From: Antedon mediterranea
Taxonomy: Eukaryota; Animalia; Echinodermata
Length of the DNA: 64,000 bases
Assembly (NCBI RefSeq): GCF_964355755.1
Contig: NC_092673.1
Location: 18,287,648-18,351,647, forward strand
Reading direction: 5' to 3'
Of the stretch, positions 62,801 through 64,000 are shown piece after piece. Within the stretch, counting starts at the first letter, position 1. The number at the start of each line of letters is the position of its first letter. Below the pieces are notes generated by a model. It searched no databases. It had not been told where the DNA came from and saw nothing but the letters and a program-made list of their open reading frames with translations. Made by a program: the position numbers and the translations under genes.

Positions 62801-63486
62801 ACCAAATTCGTAGGTATATTGAGTATATTGATATACCCACTAGTGAAAATGCTGTACGTTGTCTTGTCTTGCCACGACTGGACTATTGTAATTCTTTACT
62901 TCTTGGCACATCTAGCAAAGAAATCAAACCCTCTTGAAAAAACACACCTTAAGAGTTTATTGCGCCACTAGTTTGGAACCAGCTTCCACTTAACCGTCAG
63001 TGTAAGCAATTCAAGTCACTTCTAAAATCTCACCTTTTTTAATAATTCTAGTTGGTCTTTTAGCGCTGTGAGACATCAGTAAATAGTGCTTTGTAAAAGT
63101 TTATTATTATTCTTAATAATAAATATCACACTATCACTTAATATTGTTGATCTATAAATAATACATTTATTTTTCTTTCTTTGTAAAGGTGCTGAACTAT
63201 CCAAGCAAATTCGTGCACATGCGTTAGAAAAGAAATTAGATGAAGGTAGGCACATACTAAAACATTAAAATGTTATTATTTTTTATATCTGCAGATTTAG
63301 GTATATCAAGCAATATTACCATAGTGCTTTTTTTTATTGTTTTTAAAAGGCAATGATAACAGCTTGGCTAAAGTTTGGAATATTGTAAGGAAAGGTTTAA
63401 CAATGGCAACAGGAAAGGTAGATGTGAGTGACATAACTAGTATTTGGGACTTTGCTGGTCAACTAGACTACTATATAACACACAGG
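59848..63486 (+). CDS. Roco-family gene, 5' part: ankyrin-like repeats + ROC GTPase domain (continues beyond window)
   Basis: Exons 60104/60114-60180, 60363-60470 (DGDTPLH), 61264-61348, 61746-61911 (IPAEI..., P-loop GKEGAGKTS), 62327-62418 (STYGI), 63189-63245, 63350-63486 (IWDFAGQLDYYITH), all phase-compatible. The start exon (ATG 59848) is tentative. Confidence 0.85.
61420..61700 (+). mobile_element. Degenerate tRNA-derived SINE-like element
   Basis: Decayed A/B-box-like head followed by TTGGATAAGGACTATAAAC...GTGCAC..TGAAGAACC, similar to conserved SINE central domains; recognised from memory only. Confidence 0.45.
62860..63115 (+). mobile_element. L2-type LINE 3' fragment
   Basis: APLVWNQLP...FKSLLKSHLF, AGCGCT stem and (ATT)n tail. 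Confidence 0.65.
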
Positions 63487-63594
63487 GTATGTTTGTCTTA
63501 ATTATCCTCGAGTCTTTTCTTGATAGTGAAATCAACATGTGATTCTTTTACTTCTATCTGGATTTAGATACAAGTAAATATATCTGTATCATCA

Positions 63595-64000
63595 TAATAA
63601 AAATGACAATAGAAGATGTTGGGCAATAATAACCAACATAATACAGACAATAGACGATGTTGGGCAATAATAACCAACATAATAATGACAATAGAAGATG
63701 TTGGGCAATAATAACCAACATAATAATGACAATAGAAGATGTTGGGCAATAATAACCAACATAATACTGACAATAGAAGATGTTGGGCAATAATAACCAA
63801 CATAATACAGACAATAGAAGATGTTGGGCAATAATAACCAACATAATACAGACAATAGAAGATGTAGGGCAATAATAACCAACATAATACTGACAATAGA
63901 AGATGTTGGGCAATAATAACCAACATAATACTGATAATAGAAGATGTAAGGCAATAATAACCAACATAATAATGACAATAGAAGATGTTGGGCAATAATA
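63595..64000. repeat. 41-bp minisatellite in a Roco intron
   Basis: GACAATAGAAGATGTTGGGCAATAATAACCAACATAATA(A/C)(T/A), about 10 copies, running off the window. Confidence 0.95.

Noticed and set aside
63554-63995. Hydrophobic/Cys-Tyr-rich minus-strand ORFs
   Set aside because: All three frames of a 41-bp tandem repeat.

Overview
AT-rich, intron- and transposon-dense DNA from an animal genome (the spliced gene models and repeat repertoire suggest a marine invertebrate deuterostome, possibly an echinoderm; this is an inference). Two host genes can be rebuilt by hand from GT-AG exons with consistent phases. (1) A + strand gene at ~13.5-27.3 kb encodes a degenerate plus an intact ZU5-UPA module, with a PIDD/UNC5CL-like HF|T motif, followed by two death-effector-like domains. 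(2) The 5' part of a + strand ankyrin-ROC (Roco) GTPase gene starts at ~59.8 kb and runs off the window. The rest is mobile DNA: a Gypsy 3' half with an extra C2H2 zinc-finger ORF before the LTR, a decayed Copia with nested hAT- and Harbinger-type insertions, an Academ relic, four Kolobok-type MITEs, RTE/CR1/L2 LINE pieces, a 5S-derived SINE-like piece, an intact two-ORF LINE inside a 31-bp satellite, and several satellites. The most unusual structures are a 5.4-kb element with 1.5-kb inverted arms (TAG...CTA ends, 3-bp TSD) enclosing a Penelope-like retroelement, with a hammerhead ribozyme in each arm, and 32-33-bp hairpin micro-transposons with 7-bp TSDs, one with an empty paralogous site in the window. 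All family calls rest on motif recognition by eye; no database searches were run.
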